From: Candidatus Multivoradales bacterium
Lineage (GTDB): Bacteria; Acidobacteriota; Thermoanaerobaculia; Multivoradales; J023
NCBI GenBank assembly: GCA_965248925.1
Contig: CBDFLE010000006.1
Location: 2,656,001-2,720,000, forward strand
Direction: 5' to 3'
DNA length: 64,000 nucleotides
The notes beneath the pieces were generated by a model. That model made no database searches. It saw only the letters and a list, made by a program, of their open reading frames with translations, and was not told where the DNA came from. Position numbers and translations under genes: made by a program. This document shows, in pieces, positions 11,066 through 20,714 of the stretch. Position 1 is the stretch's first letter; every line of letters starts with the position of its first letter.

Positions 11066-12160
11066 CTAGCCTAGCGTCTGAGGGACCTTGGGATTCGCCC
11101 CCAGCAACGCTGCCACCCAGCGAAAGTCGCGAGTGTTTTCGAGGATGATCTTGAGCACCATGGTCAGCGGGACTGACAACAGCATACCTAGGGGACCCCA
11201 CACCCAACCCCAGAAAAGTAACGAGAGAAAGACCACCAGAGCCGACAAGCCGAATTTTCGGCCCATCAGCTGCGGTTCAGCGAAATTGCCGATCAGCACG
11301 TTGACCACCAAGTATCCCAAGCCAACCAAGAGGGCCCGGCCGACGCCGAGTTCGACCAGGGCGATCAGCACCGCAGGTACCGCCGCGATGATCGATCCCA
11401 GGGTAGGAATGAAATTGAGCAGGAAAGCCACCAGGCCCCAGAGCAGGGGGAAGTCGACTCCGAGCAGCCAAACCCAGGCCGTGACCAAGGTGGCGGTGAC
11501 CAGGCTCACCAATGTCTTGATACGGAGATAGCGCTGGATCTCTTGGCGGGCGTTGGAGAGGCGGCTCAGATAGTCCTTCTTGATTCCGAAAGCTCGCTCC
11601 AGCTTGCGCGGCAGACCGGCAGCCTCGAAGAGCATGAATACCAGCAGCAGCAGCACCAGCATCGACTTGGTGAACAAGAAAGCGATGCCGCGAATCAGCG
11701 TTGCCACCCGGCCGACGACTATGTTGGTTGCCTGATCGACCAGCGCCGAGGTGTCGACGCCGAGTTCTTCGAGCTTGCCCGTATCAAGACCGTGGTCCTC
11801 GAACCACTCGACAGCTTCGGTGGTACGAACTCGCAGCTGCTGGCGATACTTCGGCAAGGCCTCGGTAAAGGCGTTCATCGAGCCGCCCACCGGCAACACG
11901 AAAGCCATCAGAATAGCAACGTTGGCCAACACCGCTAACAGCACCGCGAGCGGTCGGGGAACTCGCTTGCGAAGCAACCAGGAGAGCAAAGGCGAACTGA
12001 GAATGGCGAGAAAGAGAGCTACCAGCATGGGGAGCAGTAGATTGCCAGCATCCTTGAGACCGGCAATGATCACCACCAAGCCTGCCGCACTAACCAGAAA
12101 CCGGGCGCCTGGGGCTTGGTTTTTCCTGGACGCTGCGGGGGAAAGCTGCTCAGAGGACAT
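11066..12160 (-). CDS. AI-2E family transporter (TqsA/PerM-like)
   Basis: Multi-TM; LNFIPTLGSIIA, EPQLMG, FWGWVWGPLGMLLSVPLT. Confidence 0.9.
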   Translation of the reverse strand: MSSEQLSPAASRKNQAPGARFLVSAAGLVVIIAGLKDAGNLLLPMLVALFLAILSSPLLSWLLRKRVPRPLAVLLAVLANVAILMAFVLPVGGSMNAFTEALPKYRQQLRVRTTEAVEWFEDHGLDTGKLEELGVDTSALVDQATNIVVGRVATLIRGIAFLFTKSMLVLLLLVFMLFEAAGLPRKLERAFGIKKDYLSRLSNARQEIQRYLRIKTLVSLVTATLVTAWVWLLGVDFPLLWGLVAFLLNFIPTLGSIIAAVPAVLIALVELGVGRALLVGLGYLVVNVLIGNFAEPQLMGRKFGLSALVVFLSLLFWGWVWGPLGMLLSVPLTMVLKIILENTRDFRWVAALLGANPKVPQTLG

Positions 12161-12299
12161 CGATGCTCATCTTACTCCCTTGCCACGAGTCACGCCGGGT
12201 GGCTTTGCAGCCTCCTCCTGCGGGGATCCGGATCATTGCACCGCAGCTCTCCCCCTTCCCTACCGACCTCTCGATGAGCGAGGCCGTGAGACCTAGGAA

Positions 12300-12632
12300 T
12301 CAGGCTCCCGCCATCTCCTTGAGGCCCTTGAGGATCCTTGCCTTGACGACCCGGCGTGCTGGTTTGGCGGCGATCATGATGTCCTCGCCGGTGAACGGGT
12401 TGCGACCCGGGCGCGCCTTGGTGGCCGGTTTCCTAGTGACCGTCAACTTGAGCAGGCCGGGCAAAGTGAAGACACCAGCGCTGCGCGACTTCAGGTGGCG
12501 TAGCATGAGGTCGGACAACGACTGGAACACGGCGACGATTTCCTTGCGGCTTAGGCCGGTGTCCTCAGCAATGGAAGCGAACAGCTGGGCTTTGGTGTAG
12601 GGGTCACGAATAGCGGTTGTCTTCTTAGACAT
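12300..12632 (-). CDS. HU family DNA-binding protein
   Basis: KAQLFASIAEDTGLS, LPGLLKL, ARPGRNPFTGE, IAAKPA. Confidence 0.9.
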   Translation of the reverse strand: MSKKTTAIRDPYTKAQLFASIAEDTGLSRKEIVAVFQSLSDLMLRHLKSRSAGVFTLPGLLKLTVTRKPATKARPGRNPFTGEDIMIAAKPARRVVKARILKGLKEMAGA

Positions 12633-12856
12633 GGTTCTCTCCAGTTTGGTTGCAACGGTCTTCTTATGTCTGCGGTTTCGCGGCCTGGCCGGTGACGATC
12701 TGCTTGAGCTGTTGGCGGCGCACCAACAATCCGTCCGGGAAATAGCGCTCTAGTTCTGACTTCAACCTCGCCGTTTTGGGGGTTCAGCCATGCCTGCCGT
12801 CGGGTGTCGGCCGAGGTTAGCCGGCGGGCCCGCAGGTTGCAAGAGGACCCAGCCAA

Positions 12857-14173
12857 TCAACAGAGCTTTGGGTTGGATGTCCAGCTCTGTTCGCGAATCT
12901 CCCGCAGTAGGCCAACACTGACCGCGTCTTGCTCGACTGCTTGAAATAGTACCAGCAAGGAGCTCAGAGCCTTGCGGTGAACCTCCCTCGCTTGCAGGAT
13001 CGGTCCCAGCACTCGCACCAAGCGGCGCAGCTCCTGACGACGCCCTTGTTCGGCGTAGATCAGCGCCAGGTCAATGCCGAGAATGGCGCCGTCGTTCCAC
13101 AAGCGCTGAGGGAGCAAGGATTCGAGGGTGGCTTCGAGCAAGGTCTCGGCCCGCGCTAAATCGCCAGCGGCATGGTGTAGTCGGCCTTCGAGCCAACGTA
13201 GCCTGATGATCGCCACCTGGGCGTCCAAACCCTCGGCAATGCGGGTCGCGGCAACCCATTGCTGCCAGGCTTCGTCGAGTCGGCCAAGCTGACAATAGCA
13301 ATGGGCCAGATTGGAGCGCGCCGCCAACGTCTGCTCACCATCGCCACAACCTTCCAACTGCCCGAGCGCGGCCTCGAAGTCGGCGCTGGCGGCCAACATC
13401 TCGCCTTGCTCGAAGTGCAACATGCCGCGGCTGATCAACACTCGGGACAGCTGCTCGGTGGCTCCCGCCAGACGGTAGATTAGGATCGCTTCGTCGAGTC
13501 GCCTGGCGGCGTCTTTCATCGCTTGCCGATCTCGGTCCAACGAGGCCCACTGAGCCTCTACTTCAGCCCGAGCCAGCAAACAACCGCTACCGGCTTGCAA
13601 GTAGCGCTGGGCGCGATCGAAAGCGCGCTGGGAATCGGCTCGGGATTCTTTCTTGACGTTGCCGTTGGCGACTTCGTCGAGCGACAGCATCTTCATACAG
13701 CGATGGGTCAAGCTGTAGATGCTGGACACTTCGCGGCCCAGCAGCTGCGCGACCTCGGCGGCCCTAAAGCCATCGAAGAAGCGCAAACGCAACAGACGTT
13801 GGCACTTGGCCGGTAGTTTGGCCAACTGGCGTTCGATGTCGCTTTTTTCTACCCAGCGGTCTTCCGGGGACGGAATCTGGGGGTTGGAGCCGGCAGCAGT
13901 TTCAGCATCAATCTGTGCCTCGGGGTGACGGCGGCGGCGGCAGTACATCAGGCGTTGATTGACCAGCGTGCGGATCATCCAACCTTCCGGCTCAGCCATT
14001 CGCTCCCAACTGCGCAAGGTGGAGATCACCGTCGTCTGGATCAGATCTTCAGCATACTGTGCTGGCACCCCATATCTCGCCAGAATCTGTTTGAGACGAG
14101 GTTGCAGGCGCCGCACCAACGCTTCGATGGACTCCTCTTCACGGCAGGCGGCAAGATCAGACATGTCAGGCAT
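12857..14173 (-). CDS. ECF-type sigma factor fused to C-terminal TPR domain
   Basis: Sigma2 (AEDLIQ, EGWMIRTLVN), sigma4 (LAKLPAKCQRLLRLRFFDG..AEVAQLLG), then TPR-like helices; start uncertain (14197 TTG, 14173 or 14164 ATG). Confidence 0.8.
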   Translation of the reverse strand: MPDMSDLAACREEESIEALVRRLQPRLKQILARYGVPAQYAEDLIQTTVISTLRSWERMAEPEGWMIRTLVNQRLMYCRRRRHPEAQIDAETAAGSNPQIPSPEDRWVEKSDIERQLAKLPAKCQRLLRLRFFDGFRAAEVAQLLGREVSSIYSLTHRCMKMLSLDEVANGNVKKESRADSQRAFDRAQRYLQAGSGCLLARAEVEAQWASLDRDRQAMKDAARRLDEAILIYRLAGATEQLSRVLISRGMLHFEQGEMLAASADFEAALGQLEGCGDGEQTLAARSNLAHCYCQLGRLDEAWQQWVAATRIAEGLDAQVAIIRLRWLEGRLHHAAGDLARAETLLEATLESLLPQRLWNDGAILGIDLALIYAEQGRRQELRRLVRVLGPILQAREVHRKALSSLLVLFQAVEQDAVSVGLLREIREQSWTSNPKLC

Positions 14174-14267
14174 AGCGTACAATAATATCTGTCCCAACTA
14201 ACGCAGCAGCCCACCTGCCCGACCTTGAACCGGCCGTGCCCGCGGCCCCCTTACATCCCAAAAAGCC

Positions 14268-14375
14268 TCATCTCGATGAAGCGAGGTGATCGCCCCCGAG
14301 GACACCCCAAGGATCGATCAGCGGACCTTGCCGGTCGATCCCGCAATGCGCCGAAGAGAGTTTTTGTACACACAT
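14268..14375 (-). CDS. 35-aa small ORF MCVQKLSSAHCGIDRQGPLIDPWGVLGGDHLASSR
   Basis: AAGGAG 5 nt before ATG (minus strand CCAAGGAGCTGTC-ATG); co-oriented with and upstream of the sigma-TPR gene. Confidence 0.55.
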   Translation of the reverse strand: MCVQKLSSAHCGIDRQGPLIDPWGVLGGDHLASSR

Positions 14376-14662
14376 GACAGCTCCTTGGTCATCAACCGAC
14401 CCGAGCAGATCCTTGCGCGGTCTGTCCGCGCCCCCCGAGCGGCCCTTAGGGCCTCTCGACAACTAGGTGCGGCGAGTCGCCTCTGTTGCGGCATTGGCAG
14501 CGAGATTTCTCACCGTTTTTCCACCCGCGTTGAGAGCGACCACGGCCGAGGTCCCAGAGATCGCTTGCACAGCTGTCTAAAGAGTGCTGCAATGATCCGT
14601 ATCAATCTTCGAACGCCGTTGGGACGACTAGTAGCTGCTTTCTCAAGGAGGACAGGAGAGTC

Positions 14663-16081
14663 ATGGGCGAGGCCAAGATCAGCTTCTTCGAGCAGGTCAA
14701 CAGCAACTTCGACAGAGCTGCCAGCCTGACCGGCCACGATGACGCTTTGCTCGAGCAGATCAAGCAATGCAACAGCGTTTACCACATGAGTTTCCCGCTC
14801 AAACTGGACAACGGTTCGATCGAAGTGGTGCACGCTTGGAGGGCAGAGCACAGCCACCACAAGACGCCTACCAAGGGCGGTTTCCGCTATAGCGCGCAAG
14901 TCAACGAGGATGAGGTGATGGCGCTAGCAGCGCTGATGACCTACAAGTGCGCGATCGTCAACGTACCGTTTGGCGGCGCCAAGGGTGGGGTGAGAATCTC
15001 GCGGCGAGACTACTCCGTCGGCGAACTCGAACGGGTCACCCGGCGCTACACCTACGAGTTAACCCAGAAGAACTTCATCGGCCCGGGCATTGACGTGCCG
15101 GCGCCAGACTACGGCACCGGTCCGCGGGAGATGTCGTGGATGAGCGACACTTACCGCGCGCTCACCGCCAACGATATCGACGCCCTGGCTTGCGTCACCG
15201 GCAAACCGATCGCTCAAGGCGGAGTTCGAGGTCGCACCGAGGCCACTGGGCGCGGCGTTTTTTTCGGCATTCGCGAGACCTGTGAAATCGCAGAAGATAT
15301 GAAGGCTCTTGGCCTGACGGCCGGCCTGGATGGCAAGACGGTGGTGTTGCAGGGTTTCGGCAACGTCGGCTATCACGCCGCCAAATACTTGCAGCGGGCC
15401 GGCGCTCGGATCATCGCCATCGCCGAATACGACGGCGCGATCCTCCACCGCGACGGTATCGACATCGAACTTCTGCAAGAACATCGCCAAGAACACCGCA
15501 CGATCACCACCTACCCTGGCGTCGAGCGTTTGGCCCATAGCCATGACGCCCTGTTCTTGGACTGCGACATCTTGGTTCCGGCGGCGCTTGAGAACCAGAT
15601 CACGGCCGAAAATGCAGCTCTGGTGCAGGCCAAGATCATCGCCGAGGCGGCCAACGGGCCGCTGACCGCGGCCGCCAGCCAGAGCTTGGCGGAGCGTGGC
15701 GTGTTGGTGATTCCGGACACCTTCCTCAACGCTGGCGGCGTGGTGGTGTCTTACTTCGAGTGGGTCAAGAACCTGGCCCATGTACGTTTTGGGCGGCTGC
15801 AGAAGCGCTGGCAGAGCCAGGCCTACCGGGGTCTATTGGGGGCGGTTCAAGATATGACTGGCCAGCGTTTCCCCAGCGAAGTGGTCGAAGCTTTCGTTGG
15901 CGGTCCCGACGAGATCGACTTGGTCAACTCGGGCTTGGAAGAAACCATGGTCGGCGCCTTTCAAGAGATCCGCGGCGTGCGCCAGAAACACGGTGACCAA
16001 ATCGACCTGCGCACCGCGGCTTTCGCCAGCGCCATCGACAAGATCGTCATCAGCTACGAGGATTTGGGGATCTTTCCCTGA
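14663..16081 (+). CDS. gdhA: Glu/Leu/Phe/Val dehydrogenase (glutamate dehydrogenase)
   Basis: PTKGG, MTYKCA, PFGGAKGG, DVPAPD, VTGKP, QGFGNVG, EAANGP, NAGGVVVSYFEW. Confidence 0.93.
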   Translation: MGEAKISFFEQVNSNFDRAASLTGHDDALLEQIKQCNSVYHMSFPLKLDNGSIEVVHAWRAEHSHHKTPTKGGFRYSAQVNEDEVMALAALMTYKCAIVNVPFGGAKGGVRISRRDYSVGELERVTRRYTYELTQKNFIGPGIDVPAPDYGTGPREMSWMSDTYRALTANDIDALACVTGKPIAQGGVRGRTEATGRGVFFGIRETCEIAEDMKALGLTAGLDGKTVVLQGFGNVGYHAAKYLQRAGARIIAIAEYDGAILHRDGIDIELLQEHRQEHRTITTYPGVERLAHSHDALFLDCDILVPAALENQITAENAALVQAKIIAEAANGPLTAAASQSLAERGVLVIPDTFLNAGGVVVSYFEWVKNLAHVRFGRLQKRWQSQAYRGLLGAVQDMTGQRFPSEVVEAFVGGPDEIDLVNSGLEETMVGAFQEIRGVRQKHGDQIDLRTAAFASAIDKIVISYEDLGIFP

Positions 16082-16198
16082 GGCACCGCGAAGCAAAACC
16101 TTCCGCGAACCAGGTCCGCTCAGGCGCGGCGCAACGCTGCGAGAGGCGATGCATGAGTGGCCGAATAGCGGCAGTTGCTCCTGCGCCAGCTCCCAGCG

Positions 16199-16507
16199 TC
16201 AATCAAAATCCCAGGGGCGCGGCGGCGGTTCGGCATCTGGTTCTTTCTCCGCTCGCTTGAGCGCCTCGCTAAATTTTTCTTCCATCAGCCGGTCGCTGTC
16301 TTCGAGGGCGGTCATCTCGCGCTTGAAAACATCGCCGGCCCGATCTTTGGCAGCATCGACATCCGCTAGCAGGTCATCGAAGCTGTGCCCACCGACGATC
16401 GGTTTCGGCGCTTCCTGGTGCAGCAAAACTTGACCGCTGGCCACGTCAATGACCAACTCGCCACGACAGATCGGGCATTCGACTTTGAGGGATTCTGCGT
16501 CACTCAC
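16199..16507 (-). CDS. Small hypothetical protein with N-terminal CPxC motif
   Basis: VECPICRGELVID, charged helical C-terminus ending PRPWDFD. Confidence 0.75.
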   Translation of the reverse strand: MSDAESLKVECPICRGELVIDVASGQVLLHQEAPKPIVGGHSFDDLLADVDAAKDRAGDVFKREMTALEDSDRLMEEKFSEALKRAEKEPDAEPPPRPWDFD

Positions 16508-16650
16508 AGCCCTAGTCTATTCGTTTCCGGCTCCAGCTTCACCTCCCCTTCTTGGCCGACATTCGCTCGTGGTCGCTGGGCGGTCCCTCGATCGAATCTA
16601 AATAATTGCAAAAAAAGACCGTTCCGGCCACCGCGGCGAAACCCCTCACC

Positions 16651-16679
16651 TTGACAGGAACCCAGCGCTCAGTTAGAAA
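16651..16679 (+). promoter_or_regulatory. Sigma70-like promoter
   Basis: TTGACA-N17-TAGAAA about 190 nt upstream of the SBP gene. Confidence 0.55.
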
Positions 16680-16872
16680 TGGGGATGTTTTCCCGTAACT
16701 TCCGAATGTTCGGCTAGAACCTGAAGCTGGACTGCCGTGTTGGAACTTTTCCACCGAGTCCTAGGTCCAAGCTAAGAGTCGATCCCGACGTCCGGATCGC
16801 CCGGAACCCGCGGTGACCCACTGCTTCTCCGTGCGAGCGGTTTCACGCTGGTTTCAAACTGAGGTAGGCCCC

Positions 16873-18090
16873 ATGAAACGACTGACGGCAGGTACCCTCT
16901 CCCTGCTGATTCTCTGCGCTCTAGCTCTGTTCGCCACCGGCTGTGGCGACAAGGTCGCCAAGGTCGGCGCCGTACTTCCGCTGACCGGCGTCGCCAAGAG
17001 TTACGGCACGTCGATCAACAACGGTCTCATGATTGCCCTCGAGCAGCTCCGGGCTGACGAAAACTTCGCCCACGAGCTAGATTGGGTAGTGGTCGACTCG
17101 CAGAGCGACCCGAAGATTGCCAAGGAGCAACTTGAGCAGCTCTTCAAGGATGGTGCCGTCGCAGTCATTGGCGGCTGTACCTCCGCCGAGGCCAAAGAAA
17201 TGGTGCCAGTGGCCGAGGGCTACAATCGTCTCTTGCTCTCTCCCTCGGCATCGAGCCCGGACCTCACTGGGGTGTCGGAGAACTTCTATCGGGTGAGCCC
17301 GTCGGACTATCTCGAAGCCAACAAGATGGCCGACTTCGCCGCTCGTCAGCTACAGATCAAGAGCGTCGTTCTTTTCGCGGAAGAGAATCTCGAGTACGCC
17401 AAGGGCATCCAAGTCTTGCTCAAGGAGCAATTCGAGCTTTTCGAGGTCGAGATCCTCGAAGTCATCGAATACCCGGAGAGAACCACCGATTTCTCAGGCT
17501 TGGTGGAACGGGCGGTCACCCTGAAACCCGACGGGATCTACCTGGCGGCCTATGCCGAAGGTATTAGCTCGATGGTTCAAGAGTTGAGCATGGCGGGCTA
17601 CAAGGGCAAGATCCTCACCACCCAGGCCTTCGCCGATCCGCAGGTGATCCAATCGACAGGCGCTGCCGCTGAAGGCGTTTTGTTGACCAAGACGGTGTTC
17701 GAAATTGACAGCGAGTACGCCCACATCAAGACCTTCGTCACCGCCTATCGGGAGAAGTTTGGTGCTGATCCAAACATTTGGGCCGCCTACGGCTACGACT
17801 CACTGCGGGTGGTGGCCGAATCGATGCGCGGTCGTTCAGCTGATGCTTTCGAGCTGCTTAAGGGCATTCGCGCGATCAAGGACTTCCCGGGTGTAGTCGG
17901 CAGCATCCAATTCGACGAACGCGGTGATGTGAAGATCTTCCCTCGGGTATACGTCATCAAGGGCGATCTCGGGCTGTACAGCTTCGACGAGGAGTTCAAG
18001 CGTCAACAGGACGAACTCAAGCAACGCAAGGAGGAGCTGCGCAAGCGTCTCGAGGCCCTACAGCGGGAAGCTCGTCAACTCGGGGGCTGA
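16873..18090 (+). CDS. LivK-like ABC substrate-binding / PBP-activator-like lipoprotein
   Basis: Lipobox ATG-C, KVGAVLPLTG, VIGGCTS, AAYGYDS, FDERGD; RBS GAGG. Confidence 0.85.
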   Translation: MKRLTAGTLSLLILCALALFATGCGDKVAKVGAVLPLTGVAKSYGTSINNGLMIALEQLRADENFAHELDWVVVDSQSDPKIAKEQLEQLFKDGAVAVIGGCTSAEAKEMVPVAEGYNRLLLSPSASSPDLTGVSENFYRVSPSDYLEANKMADFAARQLQIKSVVLFAEENLEYAKGIQVLLKEQFELFEVEILEVIEYPERTTDFSGLVERAVTLKPDGIYLAAYAEGISSMVQELSMAGYKGKILTTQAFADPQVIQSTGAAAEGVLLTKTVFEIDSEYAHIKTFVTAYREKFGADPNIWAAYGYDSLRVVAESMRGRSADAFELLKGIRAIKDFPGVVGSIQFDERGDVKIFPRVYVIKGDLGLYSFDEEFKRQQDELKQRKEELRKRLEALQREARQLGG

Positions 18091-18126
18091 GCGGCGACGA
18101 ATTTTTGAGTTTCCAGGAACTGCTGA

Positions 18127-18158
18127 CAAGAGGGGTGAGGTAGATCTCACCCCTCTTG
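18127..18158 (+). terminator. Strong hairpin, probable terminator
   Basis: CAAGAGGGGTGAG-gtagat-CTCACCCCTCTTG, 13-bp stem; weak U tract. Confidence 0.65.
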
Positions 18159-18198
18159 CTGTCTACCTCCACCGAGCCCCTCACCCTGATCCACCGAG

Positions 18199-19002
18199 AT
18201 GCGCCAACTCGCCCTTAGCTTGTTTCGCTACCGCAGCCTGCTGTGGACGTTGACCGCGCGCGAACTCAAGGCCCGCTACCGCGGCTCTACCTTGGGCTAC
18301 CTGTGGTCGCTGATCAATCCGCTGATGCTGCTCCTGGTCTACAGCTTTGTCTTTGGCAAGCTACTCGGGACGCGGGACAGCAACGTCAACCCATATGCCC
18401 TTTACCTGGTCAGCGGGATCATGCCTTGGCTGTGGTTCCAGAATTCACTGATGGAAGGCAGCAACTCGCTGTTGGCCAACGCCGGATTGATCCGCAAAGC
18501 CACTTTTCCCACCGAGCTGTTACCCCTGGTCCCGGTGCTAGCCAACCTGGTGCAGTTCTTTCTCGCCTTGCCGGTGATCGCCAGCGGCTTCTTGTTGGCG
18601 CGCCGTTGGGGGTACAACCCGGGGGGGTGGAGCGCGCTGTGGCTGCCGCTGGTGATTCTCACCCTGCTGCCGATGATCGGCGGCATGGCACTCGGTTTGG
18701 CGGCGCTCAACACGCATTTCAAAGACGTCAAGGACATCCTCGCCAACCTATTGACCCTGCTCTTCTTCATGACCCCGATTCTTTACACCCTGGACCGGGT
18801 GCGAGCCTTTCCAAAGATTTTCCCGGTGGTCGAGTTCAATCCCTTCACCCCCGCCGTGTTGGCCTTCCAAGAGGTCCTTTTCTTTGGTCGCTCGCCAAGC
18901 GGTGGCTTGTGGCTCCAGCTGATACTAACCAGCGCTATTTGCTGGTGGGCCGGCAGCTGGTTGTTCGACCGCTTGCGCGATACTTTGGCGGAGGCGGTGT
19001 GA
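18199..19002 (+). CDS. wzm: Wzm-type ABC-2 polysaccharide export permease
   Basis: RELKARYRGSTLGYLWSLINPL, FFMTPILY, FNPFT. Confidence 0.9.
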   Translation: MRQLALSLFRYRSLLWTLTARELKARYRGSTLGYLWSLINPLMLLLVYSFVFGKLLGTRDSNVNPYALYLVSGIMPWLWFQNSLMEGSNSLLANAGLIRKATFPTELLPLVPVLANLVQFFLALPVIASGFLLARRWGYNPGGWSALWLPLVILTLLPMIGGMALGLAALNTHFKDVKDILANLLTLLFFMTPILYTLDRVRAFPKIFPVVEFNPFTPAVLAFQEVLFFGRSPSGGLWLQLILTSAICWWAGSWLFDRLRDTLAEAV

Positions 19003-20372
19003 GCGTCGCTATTCATGTCGACCAGCTGTCGAAGATCTACCGACGATCCACCGCCGGCCATCAGCTGCGCACCCTGAAGAGTGCCCTATTCGAACGCAAC
19101 CTGATCTCCGGCTTGCGGCCCGAGCAAGCTATTCGCGCAGTCGACGACGTCTCCTTCACCGTCGCCCGCGGCGAAGCGCTGGGAGTGATCGGTGGCAACG
19201 GCTCTGGCAAGTCGACCTTGCTCAAGCTGGTGGCCGGAATCCTCCGGCCCAGCTCTGGCAAGATCACCGTCAACGGTCGTGTCGCCGCCTTGATCGAGCT
19301 CGGAGCAGGCTTTCACCCCGAGATCTCCGGCCGCGAGAACATCTACATCAACGGTGCGGTACTGGGACTCAGCAAGCGCCAGATCAACCGCCGGTACGAC
19401 GATATCGTCGAGTTCGCCGGCCTCGAAGACTTCATTGAAGAGCCGGTCAAGAACTACTCCTCCGGCATGTACGTGCGGCTCGGTTTCGCGGTGGCGATTC
19501 ACACCGACCCCGACATTCTGCTGGTCGACGAGGTGTTGGCGGTGGGCGATGAGGCTTTCACCCACCGCTGCATGCGCCGGATCGAAGAGTACCTGGCCCG
19601 CGAACGCACCTTGCTGCTGGTCAGCCATGCCCTGGGACAGATCGAAGAGATCTGCGACCGCGCCTTGTGGATCGACCGCGGGCGGCTACGCCTCGAGGGT
19701 CTGCCACGCAGAGTGCTCGACGCTTATCGTCAGGAGGTGGCCGAGGCCGAGAGCAAGCGCCACCGAGAAGCCAAGGAGTTGTGCGAGGGCCAGTCCGAGG
19801 AGCCGTCGGCCATCGAGCTGACTAGGCGAGACTCCGAGAACCCTGAATCCGCGGCCGACAGCGCTCAACAGCCCGAACCGCCGGACGACGCGGCTGCGGA
19901 GCAGGAGGTACTGCGGTGGGGCTCGGGCGAGGCCACCATCGAGCGAGTGGTAATGTTGTGCGCAGGCGAGGAGCGCTATCACATCAAGAGCGGCGAAGAG
20001 GTGGCTTTCGAGATCGACATTCGGAGTCAGCGCGAATTCGACGACTTTGTCTTTGGTATCGCCCTGTCGACCCCTCGCGGAGTCGAATGCTGGGGCACCA
20101 ACACCGACCTGAGTGGCTGGGTCCCGAAACAGCTGCGGAGCGGCTCCGCACGAGTGCGGATCACTTGCCCGGAGTTGCGCTTGGCACCGGGTGAGTATCT
20201 ACTCGATGTAGCGGTCCACAGTCGCGAAGGCACTCCCTACGACTATCGCCGCAAGTTGCTGTCATTCAGCGTCACAGCCAAGCAGGGGGGCATCGGCCTG
20301 TATTTTCCCCAGCACCAGTGGAGCTTCTCGGAAGGAATCCACTGGCAGGGCGATGAAGGCGACCTAGAATAG
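18999..20372 (+). CDS. wzt: Wzt-type ABC ATPase with C-terminal Wzt_C domain
   Basis: GTG overlaps wzm stop (GTGA); GGNGSGKS, ELGAGFHPEISGRENI, YSSGM, DEVLAVGD; C-terminal RWGSGEA...LAPGEY. Confidence 0.9.
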   Translation: MSVAIHVDQLSKIYRRSTAGHQLRTLKSALFERNLISGLRPEQAIRAVDDVSFTVARGEALGVIGGNGSGKSTLLKLVAGILRPSSGKITVNGRVAALIELGAGFHPEISGRENIYINGAVLGLSKRQINRRYDDIVEFAGLEDFIEEPVKNYSSGMYVRLGFAVAIHTDPDILLVDEVLAVGDEAFTHRCMRRIEEYLARERTLLLVSHALGQIEEICDRALWIDRGRLRLEGLPRRVLDAYRQEVAEAESKRHREAKELCEGQSEEPSAIELTRRDSENPESAADSAQQPEPPDDAAAEQEVLRWGSGEATIERVVMLCAGEERYHIKSGEEVAFEIDIRSQREFDDFVFGIALSTPRGVECWGTNTDLSGWVPKQLRSGSARVRITCPELRLAPGEYLLDVAVHSREGTPYDYRRKLLSFSVTAKQGGIGLYFPQHQWSFSEGIHWQGDEGDLE

Positions 20373-20409
20373 GCTTGATCACCTGCTGGCCACAGGCGGA
20401 GACCACGAC

Positions 20410-20697
20410 ATGGCGGACGAACCCTCGGACAAAAGAAATCTCAATATCAAGATCGACGACGAGACGCTCAAGGGGCGCTATGCCAACCTGGTGCGTATCG
20501 TTCACACTCGCGAGGAGTTCATTCTCGATTTCGTCAACATGGTGCCGCCCCAAGGCGTGGTTAACGCCCGAATCGTCACCAGCCCGGCGCATATCAAGCG
20601 CTTGGTGCGCGCGCTGTCGAGCAATCTGCAGCGCTACGAGGAGAGTTTTGGTCCGGTACCGGACACTCCCGAGCCCGAGAAGGGCTCGGTCAACTAG
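20410..20697 (+). CDS. DUF3467 family protein
   Basis: GRYANL, EEFILDF, RIVTSPAHIKRL..AL..N...YE..FG; RBS GGAG. Confidence 0.85.
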   Translation: MADEPSDKRNLNIKIDDETLKGRYANLVRIVHTREEFILDFVNMVPPQGVVNARIVTSPAHIKRLVRALSSNLQRYEESFGPVPDTPEPEKGSVN

Positions 20698-20714
20698 CCA
20701 GCGGCCCGAGTTCG

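Noticed and set aside
18243-18998. N-terminal extension of the 709-aa Wzt ORF
   Set aside because: Overlaps wzm out of frame; GTG 18999 gives a normal Wzt start
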